Counted from the stretch's first letter, positions 10,084-21,098 are shown. The stretch: 64,000 nt of DNA from Nitrosopumilus sp. (GCA_965249555.1 OZ252243.1:160001-224000), one strand, 5' to 3'. A program made the numbers and translations. Notes: generated from the sequence alone by a model not told the origin.

Positions 10084-10929
10084 CTACAAATGACATTTTA
10101 ACAACACATAATCAATTATCTTCTCTTTTGATGCTTTTTTCATTTTTTGAATAGACTTGAAAAGAAGTGTTTCAACATATTGAGGATATTGTTGTAAAAT
10201 TAATTCTTTCAATTGTTTTCTTTTTTGAAGGTAATAATCAGCCAAAGGATCATAAACAAAAGAACCAATTAATTTTTCTTCAGAAATCGTAAATCCACCC
10301 AAAGTGATCACCTGCCGAATTTGTTCTAAACTATAATGTTCTGATGACCAAGTAAATTTTAAAATTCCTAATTTTGAAATCGAAGATGTATTTAGAGTAA
10401 CAGGAATTGCTAAAACAAGTAATCCAGAATTAGATAATACTCTTTTTGATTCAGAGATAAATTCTGAAATAGGTTTGAAATGTTGTGCCGATTCCAATGC
10501 CAAGACACGGTCGACAGAATTATCAGAGAAAGGCAGTTTTGTAGAAGATGAGTTGACGAATTCGATATTTCTTTGAGTACCTGAATAAAGAAGCTGAGAA
10601 TAATTGATATTTACACAATAGATTGACAGATTTTCAAAACTATCTCTCCAAAAAACTGCTGGCGCAGATAACCCACTTCCAACATCAACAATGGTTTTAG
10701 CAGTTTCTAGTTCTGCCATTTTTGCAAAACAGGAACACAGATTTTTTTGTGCAGAGATTGGATCAGAGTTTTCATTATTCCAGTATCCAAAATTTAACAT
10801 GGAACCACCAGTTGCAAGTTGCATTACAGGGGATAGTGTATTGTAAAGATTTACAACATCTTTTTCATTTCGACGAAGAGTCCATAGAAAAACATCAAGT
10901 GGGTTTATTGAGACCAAAAATAATTTCAA
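10084..10929 (-). CDS. Class I SAM-dependent methyltransferase
   Basis: LNFGYW, VDVGSGL, LPFSDNSVD, ESAQHF. Confidence 0.9.
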   Translation of the reverse strand: MKLFLVSINPLDVFLWTLRRNEKDVVNLYNTLSPVMQLATGGSMLNFGYWNNENSDPISAQKNLCSCFAKMAELETAKTIVDVGSGLSAPAVFWRDSFENLSIYCVNINYSQLLYSGTQRNIEFVNSSSTKLPFSDNSVDRVLALESAQHFKPISEFISESKRVLSNSGLLVLAIPVTLNTSSISKLGILKFTWSSEHYSLEQIRQVITLGGFTISEEKLIGSFVYDPLADYYLQKRKQLKELILQQYPQYVETLLFKSIQKMKKASKEKIIDYVLLKCHL

Positions 10930-10958
10930 ATTTATTTGAAACTAGAGACTAATAATTT

Positions 10959-11088
10959 TTAGGGTAATCCTTCTGAATCTTCAGCACAGTGCTTATGAAC
11001 AGTGCTCATCATTATTTTTAGTGATCTCTTTTCCAGGCTGAATCTTATCACCGCAAGATACACAGGATGTTGCAAATTTTGCTTTCAT
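10959..11088 (-). pseudogene. Small CxxC...HxxC zinc-binding protein, frameshifted
   Basis: MKAKFATSCVSCGDKIQPGKEI... continues as VHKHCAEDSEGLP in another frame; 130 nt, so a real indel or an assembly error. Confidence 0.6.
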
Positions 11089-11184
11089 AGATGTTCATTT
11101 GGTACTGTAGCGTTGTCGTTACCTGAAATGTGGATCTTCTAAGGATTGAGATTTTACACAAGTCCTAAATGATGATTATTGGTA

Positions 11185-11460
11185 TTGACTCAAAGAGGCA
11201 TTTTGTATGATAGTTTTCCACTTGCTATTTCCATCTAGAACACCAGCACATTCAGCTGGGAGTCCTCTTGCCAATTCCACCGTGTTTCTTTGAGAAATTA
11301 TAATATGTCTGAAACCCATCAAAGAGAGGACTATCCATCTTCTTTATCCCCCTGTATGCAACCTCTCTATCCCTGATAGTTCCGTTTAGGCGTTCCATTT
11401 GATTATTATTTTTATCACCTTTCATGTGAATATGTCGGATATGTTCCGTATCTTTCTTAT
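11185..11460 (-). mobile_element. IS6-like DDE transposase 3' remnant
   Basis: Translates HIRHIHMKGDKNNNQMERLNGTIRDRE...YYNF...WKTIIQNASL; homologous to 21890..22186. Confidence 0.8.
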
Positions 11461-11703
11461 TCTGACAATCAAACTCACAAACAAAAGTTCATTTGTTGTG
11501 GAATAGGATCAAAAAAAGAGTCCAAAATAAAAGCATTGGAACTTGAACTTAAATTATTTACAGGAACAGACAAACTCATTTTTAAGAGAATCCAATAAGA
11601 CTAAAGATCAGATTCGAAAATTGAGATAGTCAAACTTTTCAATATTATATCGTAATAACCTAGTCTAACTACATATTTATCATTTACATTTCAAAAAAAT
11701 ACG

Positions 11704-12168
11704 TTGAATCAGCAGGTAGTAGATTTAGGTTTTATACTAAACCAAATTCAAGACTATGATTTTTCTATGGATAAATTTGAAGATAGATTGAAAATTCAAA
11801 AAACTCTCTACCTCCTGCAATCATTTGGAATTTATTTAGGATATGATTTTTCATGGTATCTTAGAGGACCGTACTGTACTTCTCTAACAACTAACGCACT
11901 TGCATTAGAAGATATTTATGATGATATACCAAACACTAAAGTAAAATTTAGAGATTCTGACAAACAAAAATTATTCATAAATTTTCTGAAACTAGTTAAA
12001 GGTAAGAATATAGATGAGTTGGAGATAATGGCTTTATTACATTATCTAAAACAAATTAAAAATGATGATGATAAAATCAAAAAAATGGTTGAGAATAAAC
12101 AAGTTAGATTTACCAAAGATCAAATCACCAATATGTGGAATGAGTTAAAAAAATGGAATCTGTTGTAG
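11704..12168 (+). CDS. Panacea/SocA/YwgA-like (DUF4065-like) antitoxin-type protein
   Basis: RLKIQKTLYLLQ...YDFSWYLRGPY...LEIMALLHY signature. Confidence 0.65.
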   Translation: MNQQVVDLGFILNQIQDYDFSMDKFEDRLKIQKTLYLLQSFGIYLGYDFSWYLRGPYCTSLTTNALALEDIYDDIPNTKVKFRDSDKQKLFINFLKLVKGKNIDELEIMALLHYLKQIKNDDDKIKKMVENKQVRFTKDQITNMWNELKKWNLL

Positions 12169-12395
12169 AACAAACAGAGACATTGGATTTTTCTCGTCGA
12201 GTTAACTTTGACCTAAAAAATTATATTGACAGAGCTATGCTTCAAACTATCATAGATTCCAAAGAGGAAAATGACGGACCATTAAGAATTATAGAAAAAC
12301 CTCTATTCAAAGGAACCGAATTAGAAAAAACTATTGACAGACTTGCAATTAAACAATCAGTTTTAGTGTCTTTAATCTATAGAACAAAATCATAA
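12153..12395 (+). CDS. Hypothetical protein, possibly truncated partner of the Panacea-like gene
   Basis: Overlaps upstream gene; ends at the junction with the RDD remnant. Confidence 0.45.
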   Translation: MESVVEQTETLDFSRRVNFDLKNYIDRAMLQTIIDSKEENDGPLRIIEKPLFKGTELEKTIDRLAIKQSVLVSLIYRTKS

Positions 12396-12399
12396 TTAT

Positions 12400-12831
12400 A
12401 AAGATGGACGGATTTCCTGGCTTGGTTGATTGATTTTATCATAATTTCAATTATTTTAACATCAATAATTTTTGCATCATTTGGAACACTAGACTATGAG
12501 TATGACGAAGATATTTTTGGGCAGAAAGTACACAGTACATTCCAACAAGTATCTTGTTTTTTGCATATTGGGCAATTTTAGAGTATAAAACAGAGCAATT
12601 GGGAAAAAATTCTTAATTTGAAGGGGACTAATATCTATGGGAATAACCCTATCTTGAAAGGGATCATAATTGATAGTTTCGGAAAAGCATTTTTGCTACC
12701 AGTAGATATAGTTCTAGGCTGGATTTTAACTAATGAGAAACGCCAGAGTGTTTAACAAATTAGGAGATACACTTGTTGTAAAAATCAAGATTCCCGAAGA
12801 TGTCTCAGATATCAGTTATTCAAAAGACTAG
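12400..12831 (+). pseudogene. RDD-family membrane protein pseudogene
   Basis: Frameshifted, 5'-truncated homologue of 22870..23358 (FLAWLIDF...FGKAFLLPVD...YSKD). Confidence 0.85.
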
Positions 12832-12913
12832 ATTTTGTCATATTTTGTTAAACAGTTACTTTGTAGGTTTAACCAACAGATCTATTAGCAACATTCAATC
12901 TTTTTTGGATAGA

Positions 12914-12997
12914 ATGTCTGACAATAACAAACAGTGGTGGATAGGACTACCAGATGAACTGCAAAATGACATAGAGTTTGAAGAACAAAAGGAGTAA
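12914..12997 (+). CDS. 27-aa acidic WW micropeptide
   Basis: MSDNNKQWWIGLPDELQNDIEFEEQKE; second copy at 23440..23514. Confidence 0.55.
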   Translation: MSDNNKQWWIGLPDELQNDIEFEEQKE

Positions 12998-13326
12998 TTC
13001 GGGTCACAGTAAGTTTCCCAGAAATTGGTAATTTTAGACAGGCAGTGTGATTCATAAATTTGATTGTAAAATATTAAAAGATACAGTAATGGCCAGAGCT
13101 GAGATGCCAACAAATGCTAAATATTTCCATATTGAATCAAATGATGAATAAAGTTTAAAAAAATATGCAGAAAAGAGGACATGTAAGTGCTAGACTTTGG
13201 TTTTTGATTAACTATCCTTACACTCTCTTGAAAGTTCAGAATTTATTGAAAACAATCTCGAACTTTCCAGTGTAATTCAAAATGTTAGTGAAAAATAAAA
13301 AAAAGACTAGTATTTTGAACTAGTAT

Positions 13327-13416
13327 TTACTTACTTGGGGGATTATTCCCTCTGCCGCCACCAGAAGGATTACCAGTTTGACTGGGTCCGTTAGATGGAC
13401 CTTTACAATTAGTCAT
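13327..13416 (-). CDS. 29-aa Gly/Pro/Asn-rich micropeptide
   Basis: MTNCKGPSNGPSQTGNPSGGGRGNNPPSK; GC-rich patch in AT-rich DNA, TATA-like CTTAATAC ~25 nt upstream. Confidence 0.6.
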   Translation of the reverse strand: MTNCKGPSNGPSQTGNPSGGGRGNNPPSK

Positions 13417-13530
13417 ACAAAATTATACGTTAAAAAGTATTAAGTTGTTTCGGATCATTTACACTATTCAATCTTGGAATATTATTCCAGTATGATCTAA
13501 TAGAATAATGGCACTCAAGTTAACTGTGCA

Positions 13531-14661
13531 CTATTGAACTATAAACGCTGAATTTCTGTGAATCTCTATTGGAAAGTAAAAACCCAAGTCATCATAAATT
13601 TCCTCCAAAATAAAACCATCAATTTCATTAGGGGTATCATTTGTATTCTGATAGTACCCAGAATCTACACCTAAAAGTATAGTTAGAGTCTCCTCATCAA
13701 CAACAACAAAGACATAATCATCATCTATCATTTGGTCAGTGAGATAAGAATGAGCTTGATTCAAAAGAGATAGTTTTTCTGTATAATCTAATTTATTCCA
13801 TGATGGATTAGGCTCTTCTCTAAAGTAAGTTACATATGGCTCGTTTAATCCTGATATTCTTTGATTATTTTTTACTAATTCCCTACATTCATCATAATCA
13901 AATTGATGAAATCCAATATCATATTTTAACTGTTTTTCGCCATTTATGAAACATGAAAACTGTGTATCAGTTGATTCAAACTCTTTAAGATTATAATAAA
14001 ACACCATTACGGCTTTGTGTTTATTATTTATGATTTTTTCAGCTTTTATTGTAATTGAATTTATTGTGATATAATCTGCAGATATGATAGAATTTGGGTA
14101 AAGCTTGTCAAATTTTATAAAATCACTATTCTTTAGAGTCTCATTTATGAAAAATTCACTCATTTGTTTTTTTAACTCTAATTGTTTTTCTAGATTTATT
14201 TTATAGAATTCAAAGCTTCCAGCATCAAACAATAGTTCTTGACAATCTGAAACTAGGAGATATGACAGAATTCCTTCATGAAAAGAAGAATTACCATTTG
14301 GTCCACTACAATGTAACTCAAAATCTGGAAAATCTGAAAGTGAATAGTATGAAACTTCAAGTGATGATTGTACCCTCGTAACTTTATTATAATCAGTAAA
14401 AACAATTGTAAAATTATTTGGTGTATAATCAGCTAGATATGATGTGGCATTAGGGTATATTGTAAAAAATGTTTTAACTTCTTTTGTGTTTTCTGCCTGC
14501 TCTAACCAGTCTTCTGATGATTTTGTTTGAAATGAGAGATCCTTTACTACCACATTAATATCATGATAATTTCTAACTAATTCAAAGGTAACAAAAATAG
14601 ATGTAAAAATTATGGGAATTATTATTGAAGCTATTATTGTAATTTTTATATATTTATTCAT
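13531..14661 (-). CDS. Membrane-anchored/secreted hypothetical protein
   Basis: N-terminal hydrophobic helix, 376-aa ORF with two similar Cys-containing segments. Confidence 0.7.
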   Translation of the reverse strand: MNKYIKITIIASIIIPIIFTSIFVTFELVRNYHDINVVVKDLSFQTKSSEDWLEQAENTKEVKTFFTIYPNATSYLADYTPNNFTIVFTDYNKVTRVQSSLEVSYYSLSDFPDFELHCSGPNGNSSFHEGILSYLLVSDCQELLFDAGSFEFYKINLEKQLELKKQMSEFFINETLKNSDFIKFDKLYPNSIISADYITINSITIKAEKIINNKHKAVMVFYYNLKEFESTDTQFSCFINGEKQLKYDIGFHQFDYDECRELVKNNQRISGLNEPYVTYFREEPNPSWNKLDYTEKLSLLNQAHSYLTDQMIDDDYVFVVVDEETLTILLGVDSGYYQNTNDTPNEIDGFILEEIYDDLGFYFPIEIHRNSAFIVQ

Positions 14662-14703
14662 TATCTAACTAAAATATTCAAGTATTATACTATTATATTC
14701 TTG

Positions 14704-15769
14704 TATGTATCCATGTGAATTGTTTTTATACATTTCCCACTTTTTTGCATCCCAAGGCATAGCCTTCGCTAGGGAATGCTTTCAATCAAAAGATGACGGA
14801 CATGTATCCATACGAGGCTTCTTCCTCAATGCTATCTTCATCCCTTCGTTAGAACCTATCCGCAGTTATCAACCGAGGCCTGTCCCTCAACATACAAAAC
14901 GCGACTTGCAGTCCTAACTGTAATTCTGTACAAATTCTCTCCTCTCTTTTAGCATCCAGTAAATCACTCGCAGAATCTTTGATGATGCGGCAACTGCGGC
15001 CTTTGATGATCCTCTCTTCTTTTTAATGCGATTGTAAAATTTTGTAATGTCACTGTTCTTGGCATGTATTGCATGAGAATGGACGCATTGGATAAGGACC
15101 CATCGTAGTGTCATGCTTCCCCTTTTGGTTATGCTGCCATGATGTATCGTGTCTGCAGAATTTCTGACTGATGGCACGACTCCTGCATATGCACATAACT
15201 TGTGAGAGTTGTTGAATCGGCTAATACCTGCAATTTCTGATGCGATAACTAGTGATTAGTCACCAATTCCGGGCATTGATTTTATTATCATGGCATCAGG
15301 ACTGGTCTTTACAGCAGGCATACACTCTTGAATCAATCTCTTCAATTTGCAGATTAAGATGGCCTATCTGTCGTACGAATCCGTCTATGCGATAGTCACC
15401 TAGTGAGGTGAGTCTTCTGTTGTATGTTACAGTGAACGTGACTCTTGGTATCTTGATTCCCTCCTGTAACAAAATTCCATGAACAGAATTTTTGAGAGAG
15501 GTTCTCCACTGAACGAGTTTTTTTCTGTATCTTACCAGTTGACGATGTTTTACTATTTTTTTGTTTGGAACATGGCATGTATCCTCCACGCAAAAGATCT
15601 GCTAGTATCATGGCATCAATCTTGTCTGTTTTTTTTGATGCAGCTATTGCTTTTGTAAGATATTGGTTTGACAGTATTACGTTTTTGTATCCCAATTCAT
15701 CTGTAAGAAATCTATACGTGTTATACCAAACTGATGATGATTCCATGACAATGTTTGCATGAATTGGTA
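14704..15769 (-). mobile_element. IS110/IS1111-family element, 5'-truncated and frameshifted copy
   Basis: Near-identical to ~33453..34530; right end ATTCACATGGATACATA and 3' non-coding region retained. Confidence 0.95.
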
Positions 15770-16039
15770 CCCGATAATCCATCTGATGATGAACTTCAAA
15801 GAATAACAAGTTTCTTCTTCTTTTTAAAATCACATGATGTGAATTATCGAAAAAATGCAAAATTTGAAAATATAATGTGTTATTTTAAAAAAGATTATTC
15901 TGTTGAAGAAAAAAATAAAATCTTCAATAGATTTAAAATAGTAGATGAATTGACAAATCCAGATAGAAATATTGAGGGAGAGGTTATTGATTCTATATAT
16001 CGTGTTTTAGAGAAAAAATCATGTCAGAAGAATTACTAG
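15770..16039 (+). pseudogene. 3' part of a hypothetical gene truncated at the IS110 remnant
   Basis: Track ORF 15755..16039 starts inside IS sequence. Confidence 0.45.
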
Positions 16040-16605
16040 ATATTATTTTAAAAAGCATAACAATTCCCGTTGTTGTTGGACTTGGATTAACCATCCTAGG
16101 ACTTATTTTAACAATTAATTCTATTAGATATCATAAAACTCATACAAAGCCACTTCTTGACAGACTTGATAATTTTTTAATTAAAAAAGAAATTTTTGAG
16201 AGTAGATATTTAAATACAATATCGAATAAATTTCATGCAGCATCTAAACTACTTGACAGGATAATACGAATTGCAGATGATGAAATAAAAAATGAAACAG
16301 AAATACAATTATCTAAAAAAACACTATCAATAAATACATTAATTTCACAAATCATCACCATTAAAAATGAAAATTATATAATGATGAATGAGATTGAAAT
16401 AAAACCTACAATACTTCATGACATAATTGGATTAAATATTATATTGGATGGTCTTGTTGGCGTTATACAAGAATATATCAAGTATAATTCTACCTATCTA
16501 GGTTTATTTGATTACATAAAAAGTGATTATGATGAATTTAAACAATTGGAGAAAAACTTTGGCATTACAACAAAAAATATTTACAGTTCATTCGGAAAAA
16601 AGTAA
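16021..16605 (+). CDS. Hypothetical protein with N-terminal TM helix
   Basis: 194-aa ORF, hydrophobic residues ~13-35. Confidence 0.6.
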   Translation: MSEELLDIILKSITIPVVVGLGLTILGLILTINSIRYHKTHTKPLLDRLDNFLIKKEIFESRYLNTISNKFHAASKLLDRIIRIADDEIKNETEIQLSKKTLSINTLISQIITIKNENYIMMNEIEIKPTILHDIIGLNIILDGLVGVIQEYIKYNSTYLGLFDYIKSDYDEFKQLEKNFGITTKNIYSSFGKK

Positions 16606-16732
16606 AAAAATAGATTTAGTGTTAATATTGATAATTACAGAAGATCGCCTAACAAAAGAAAAGTCCCTTAGCAAGTGTATTCAAATTATTTTTTGAAGAA
16701 TGTTTTTATTGTCTTTTTTTAGTGAATAAATA

Positions 16733-17458
16733 ATGCATGATTCTAATAATTCAAACACAAACAAATCAACAGATTCTAAAAATGAAAAAATACCATTGAG
16801 TAGATTTTGGGCTTGTTTCTTTTCATGTTCGATATTTGCATTATTTTGGATTATGAAAATGGAAAAAACTAGAAAGTGGATTCCAATGTTTATTTTTTTT
16901 ATTTTAATTCATTTTGTAATAGGTGAAACTCTATTATATCCAATTTTAAATGATGAGTATGTTTTACAACAATATTATGACATGGAAATACTTGAAACTT
17001 TTATGGATTATGGCATTATTCATATAGATGATGTATCGGATAATGCGTACCCTAAAGATTTGGTTGATTTTCTATCTTTAACTGCAATTGTTTTTTATTA
17101 TCTGATTGTCCCTATCGGTTCTTTTGTATTGGTTGTCGCTTTTATGTTCAAGTGGACTACACAATACAATCTAAAACATTTTGGATACAAGTCAAAAAAA
17201 GAATGGAAAAAATCATTAAATAATGATTACAATATCACACAATCAGTGAAAAAAGAATTAAAGATTATTGGTAATGAAATTACAGATGGTGTTGTAAATG
17301 TGGTATCAAAGCTAAAACCTAAAACAAAGACAGGAGAAGATGAAATAATTGAAAAAATTAACAAATACCATTCCCTGATGGAACAGGGTAAAATTACTAA
17401 ATCAGACTTTGAGAATAAAAAATCAGATCTATTGGATAAATCCTCAAAAATGAACTAG
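16733..17458 (+). CDS. Membrane protein with C-terminal SHOCT-like domain
   Basis: TM helices, LMEQGKITKSDFENKKSDLL; paralogue of 39985..40800. Confidence 0.75.
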   Translation: MHDSNNSNTNKSTDSKNEKIPLSRFWACFFSCSIFALFWIMKMEKTRKWIPMFIFFILIHFVIGETLLYPILNDEYVLQQYYDMEILETFMDYGIIHIDDVSDNAYPKDLVDFLSLTAIVFYYLIVPIGSFVLVVAFMFKWTTQYNLKHFGYKSKKEWKKSLNNDYNITQSVKKELKIIGNEITDGVVNVVSKLKPKTKTGEDEIIEKINKYHSLMEQGKITKSDFENKKSDLLDKSSKMN

Positions 17459-17518
17459 TGATCAAAAAAAGTTATGACAGTGTTACCCTTATCCAACATT
17501 GATTTGGGATTTGAATAA

Positions 17519-17941
17519 ATGGAATCTTTGCATAAAGTAACTCTAAAGTGTACTCTAAGATGTTTGCTTGGTTGTAACATTGGTGAAGTAACAGGCATGA
17601 TAATTGGCTCGCTACTAAGTTTAGATTTTATTTCAACTATAATTCTAGCAGTGGGACTGGCATTTATCACAGGTTATATTTTTACGATTGTGCCTCTGCT
17701 AAAAAAAATGTCTATACGACAAGCAGTAAAGGTTTCAATATCGGGAGATACTGCAAGCATTACAGCAATGGAAACTGCTGAAAATTCCATAGCATTTATA
17801 ATTCCTGGATTTATGGTGGCATCTTTGTTTGATTCTATCTTCTGGATTGGACTAGCAATAATGTTGCCATTTGGATTCCTAGCATCATATCCAGTTATGT
17901 ATTGGGTAATGAAACGGGATATGGGATGTACATTAAAATGA
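17519..17941 (+). CDS. DUF4396-like membrane protein
   Basis: TLRCLLGCNIGE...DTASITAME...GFLASYPVMYW. Confidence 0.75.
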   Translation: MESLHKVTLKCTLRCLLGCNIGEVTGMIIGSLLSLDFISTIILAVGLAFITGYIFTIVPLLKKMSIRQAVKVSISGDTASITAMETAENSIAFIIPGFMVASLFDSIFWIGLAIMLPFGFLASYPVMYWVMKRDMGCTLK

Positions 17942-18888
17942 CAAAGTGTAAAATCCCTCACGATAACATTACAGTTTGTAAAGTATTTTCTAAATGTTAT
18001 TTTCCATTAGAACCATATCTTAATGGCTACAAATATTGCACTCACTGCAGTATTTTTTAAAACAAAAGAGTCCGTGTTGTAGTGTAATATTAAGAATCAG
18101 AACTAAAAAACTAACCATAAAAACCACAGTTAAGGAACAAACTAATTAATTCTTTAATCATCAAAGAATTATATGACCTTACAAATAACTGTCGCACCAA
18201 AACTGTATGTAGATGGTGATGAACTTAACATAGTAGGTGAAAACATTGATGATAACAGCAATCCAATATATGGTACTGCCATAATTCAGATACTTTTTGA
18301 TAATACTCTATAGTTGGAGTTGATCAATTCGATGTAGATACTAAAAGTTTTTCACGTGTAATTATTGTTGGGGGATTATCATACACAAAGTCAGAAACAT
18401 ATACTGTAAAAATATTTCTTGGCGGTAAACAAGTACTACATTTGAATTTCAAGATAGAGATGATACGGTATAGACCTACATCTCCAATTAAGGGATTACA
18501 TGTATTAGATTTTAAGGAGATCAAGGAAATTAATCCAGGAATGAAAAGCATTCATAGGGATGGTGATAATGTAAAATCTAATCTAGTTTTACGTGCTAAA
18601 TTTCAAACAAACCAAGGTAACAACATTGGATGACACTGTACCAACAATACAATTCACACGAGGTGCAGTTGTGTTTGTAACTGGAAATACCATAATTTTT
18701 GATGACAGTCAAGCTTCTATAATGTGATAAAGTGTATAGTATTGAAATTATAAGGTTATTTTTATGGAGACAAGTATTTTTAATATTTTAACACAGTTAC
18801 GGTTGATTCCATAACACAACACTATTCTTTAGATGATGTTCTAATTTTCCCAAAAATAATATTAACTATAATAAATTAAATACTCATC

Positions 18889-19206
18889 ATGGAACCTGTT
18901 GACTACAAAATTGAACTTTATGATAAAGAAGGCATAATACCAGTAACAGATTCAAGATATAAAACTGAGTTTGACAACATATACAAAAATCTAGACAAAT
19001 TTCAAACAGCCAGTCCTGAAAATTTTATATTTGAAAATATCAAAGCATCTGACGGTTTTTATCTAATTAAGATAATCAAACTTGATGCAGAATGTGCTAA
19101 TGGTATGATTGAGATAATTAAAAATTCCACCATTCCAAAAATCCCGAAGAGTTATTTAATTGACATGATATCAAATGCACGTGATTATTTCAGATTTGGT
19201 AAATAA
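18889..19206 (+). CDS. Hypothetical protein
   Basis: 105-aa ATG ORF upstream of the ParB-like gene. Confidence 0.55.
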   Translation: MEPVDYKIELYDKEGIIPVTDSRYKTEFDNIYKNLDKFQTASPENFIFENIKASDGFYLIKIIKLDAECANGMIEIIKNSTIPKIPKSYLIDMISNARDYFRFGK

Positions 19207-19250
19207 TTACACCATGATCACCATAAAAATATTATAAAGAAAGTCCAAAG

Positions 19251-20063
19251 ATGGATTCAGTATTAAGCAAAGATCACCCAATACGAAATATTCAAAGAGA
19301 TAAACTTGAAATTTGGGAGGAATCTAATGTAAGAAAAACACAGGCAAATCAAAATTTAGAAGAGCTTGCTGAAAATATTAAACGTAACGGCATAGAACAT
19401 CCACTCTTAGTAAAAGAAACTGGCAACAAATACAAAGTATTTGCAGGACAGAGAAGATTTTTAGCCTCTGAATTAATAGAATTGGATTTTCTACCATGCA
19501 GAGTCTTTACAAACATCCCACTTGGTAATGCAATGCGCTTATCTCTTAGTGAGAACATATTTTCAAAACAAATGACTGCACTTGATAAAGCTGATGCAGT
19601 AAAAAGACTTATTGAGAAACACAAAGATAAAAAGAAGGTTTGCAATATTCTTGGAATAAAACAATCTACCTTGCAGAGTTATCTGTACTATCATGGATTA
19701 TCAAATGAGATTAAAACATTGGTGGACCAAGAATTTCTAAACATGCAATTTGCTGTTAAAGTTTTTCGGAAATTTTCAAAGATGAATGCAATTGAAATTC
19801 TACGTGAATTTTCAAAAACTAAAAAACTATCGATTCAGAGAAAAATTCTAATGTCTGCTATTTTACGAGCAGACAAGGGCGATTCATTGTATGACATTAA
19901 AGCCAACATTAGAAGATTGGGTTCTTCTGAACTTTCTATCTCTATTATTTTAGAGATTGCTGATTTAAAAATTCTGCAAAAAATTGCGAACAAGAACAAA
20001 CTAACTGTGGAGGATATGGGTTCTAGAATGTTAAAAAAATCAGTAAAGAGAAATAAATTTTGA
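19251..20063 (+). CDS. ParB/Spo0J-like protein with HTH
   Basis: LEELAENIKRNGIEHPLLV...YKVFAGQRRFLA, SLSEN, HTH. Confidence 0.85.
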   Translation: MDSVLSKDHPIRNIQRDKLEIWEESNVRKTQANQNLEELAENIKRNGIEHPLLVKETGNKYKVFAGQRRFLASELIELDFLPCRVFTNIPLGNAMRLSLSENIFSKQMTALDKADAVKRLIEKHKDKKKVCNILGIKQSTLQSYLYYHGLSNEIKTLVDQEFLNMQFAVKVFRKFSKMNAIEILREFSKTKKLSIQRKILMSAILRADKGDSLYDIKANIRRLGSSELSISIILEIADLKILQKIANKNKLTVEDMGSRMLKKSVKRNKF

Positions 20064-20304
20064 ATCCATACAATGAGAAAAGGCAACTAATGCCAGTTTA
20101 TCTAAACAATTTCATCTGAAACCAAATTAGATTGCAGAGGATGTAATTCCCAGTATTGGAATAAACATAAAGATAATTGAAGGGCAATGATGAGAGCCGT
20201 GACTTTTGATTCTCTTCATTTGAGAAAATGAAAGAATCATTTTCTGAGCCCTTCAATAATTGATAGATTTTATAGCTATTATATCATTCTATACTGTGGG
20301 CTGA

Positions 20305-21098
20305 TATAGCGAAGAGCCAAAGTTCGTGAACTAAAAATCATCAAAACAAAAGACTTTTTGATCACCACACACAATGAAACACATGAACAAGTTAGAACAG
20401 CTTGAAGCAGCATACAAAAAGGAAAACTCCAAAGCTGCAGTCAGGATGCTTGCAGTACTAATGGTTCTCAAAGAGGGTAAGGAATTAGAGTACACCGCAC
20501 AAACACTATACCGCTGTACAAACTGGGTACGCAAATGGGTTGATCGTTTTAAAGTAGATGGCCTTGATGGCCTCTACGATCACCCAAGGAGTTGAAGACC
20601 ATGTGTAATCCCAAAGAAGCAAATGAATTCTATCATGCTCAAAATTATGTTGACACTATTTACACCTGTAATGCTGCAGCAGACAATATTTGATTCTACT
20701 GGAATAAAATTTCACATAACACATGTCAGAAAAATAATGCGTCAGTATGGAATGTCTGCTAAAACTGCACAAAAATATCACATCAATCATGCAAGTGTAA
20801 CAGCTGTGCGCAGCTGGCATCAGTGCACAAATCAAAGAAGGTCAAGGACTTTTTGACAGATAATCCAGATGTTAAACTGATTTGGCTACCAAAAGGACCC
20901 ACCATATCTAAACATGATAGAACAGTGTTGGAAAATAAGCAAGCATGTGTTGTTGGTATCAGAATATTATGCAATGTTTACAATAATGAATAATGCAGTG
21001 TCACAATACTTTGAAACAAAAAAATTCAAACTTGATGTTGTTAATTATATTTTTAGAAATCCTGCAAAGATGTTCACGAACTTTTGATCGTCGCTATA
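20305..21098 (+). mobile_element. IS630-family element, internally deleted and non-autonomous
   Basis: 27-bp terminal inverted repeats incl. TA (TATAGCGAAGAGCCAAAGTTCGTGAAC, 24/27 match); broken transposase with HTH and LIWLPKGP..LNMIEQCW; most of the DDE domain missing. Confidence 0.9.

Noticed and set aside
15329-15339. TGAATCAATCT, identical to the left arm of the hsdS sites
   Set aside because: No second arm, lies inside the decayed IS110 CDS and is absent from the intact copy; treated as chance
18173-18730. Fragmented ORFs on the plus strand
   Set aside because: Probably one decayed gene, but no family is recognisable, so it was not called
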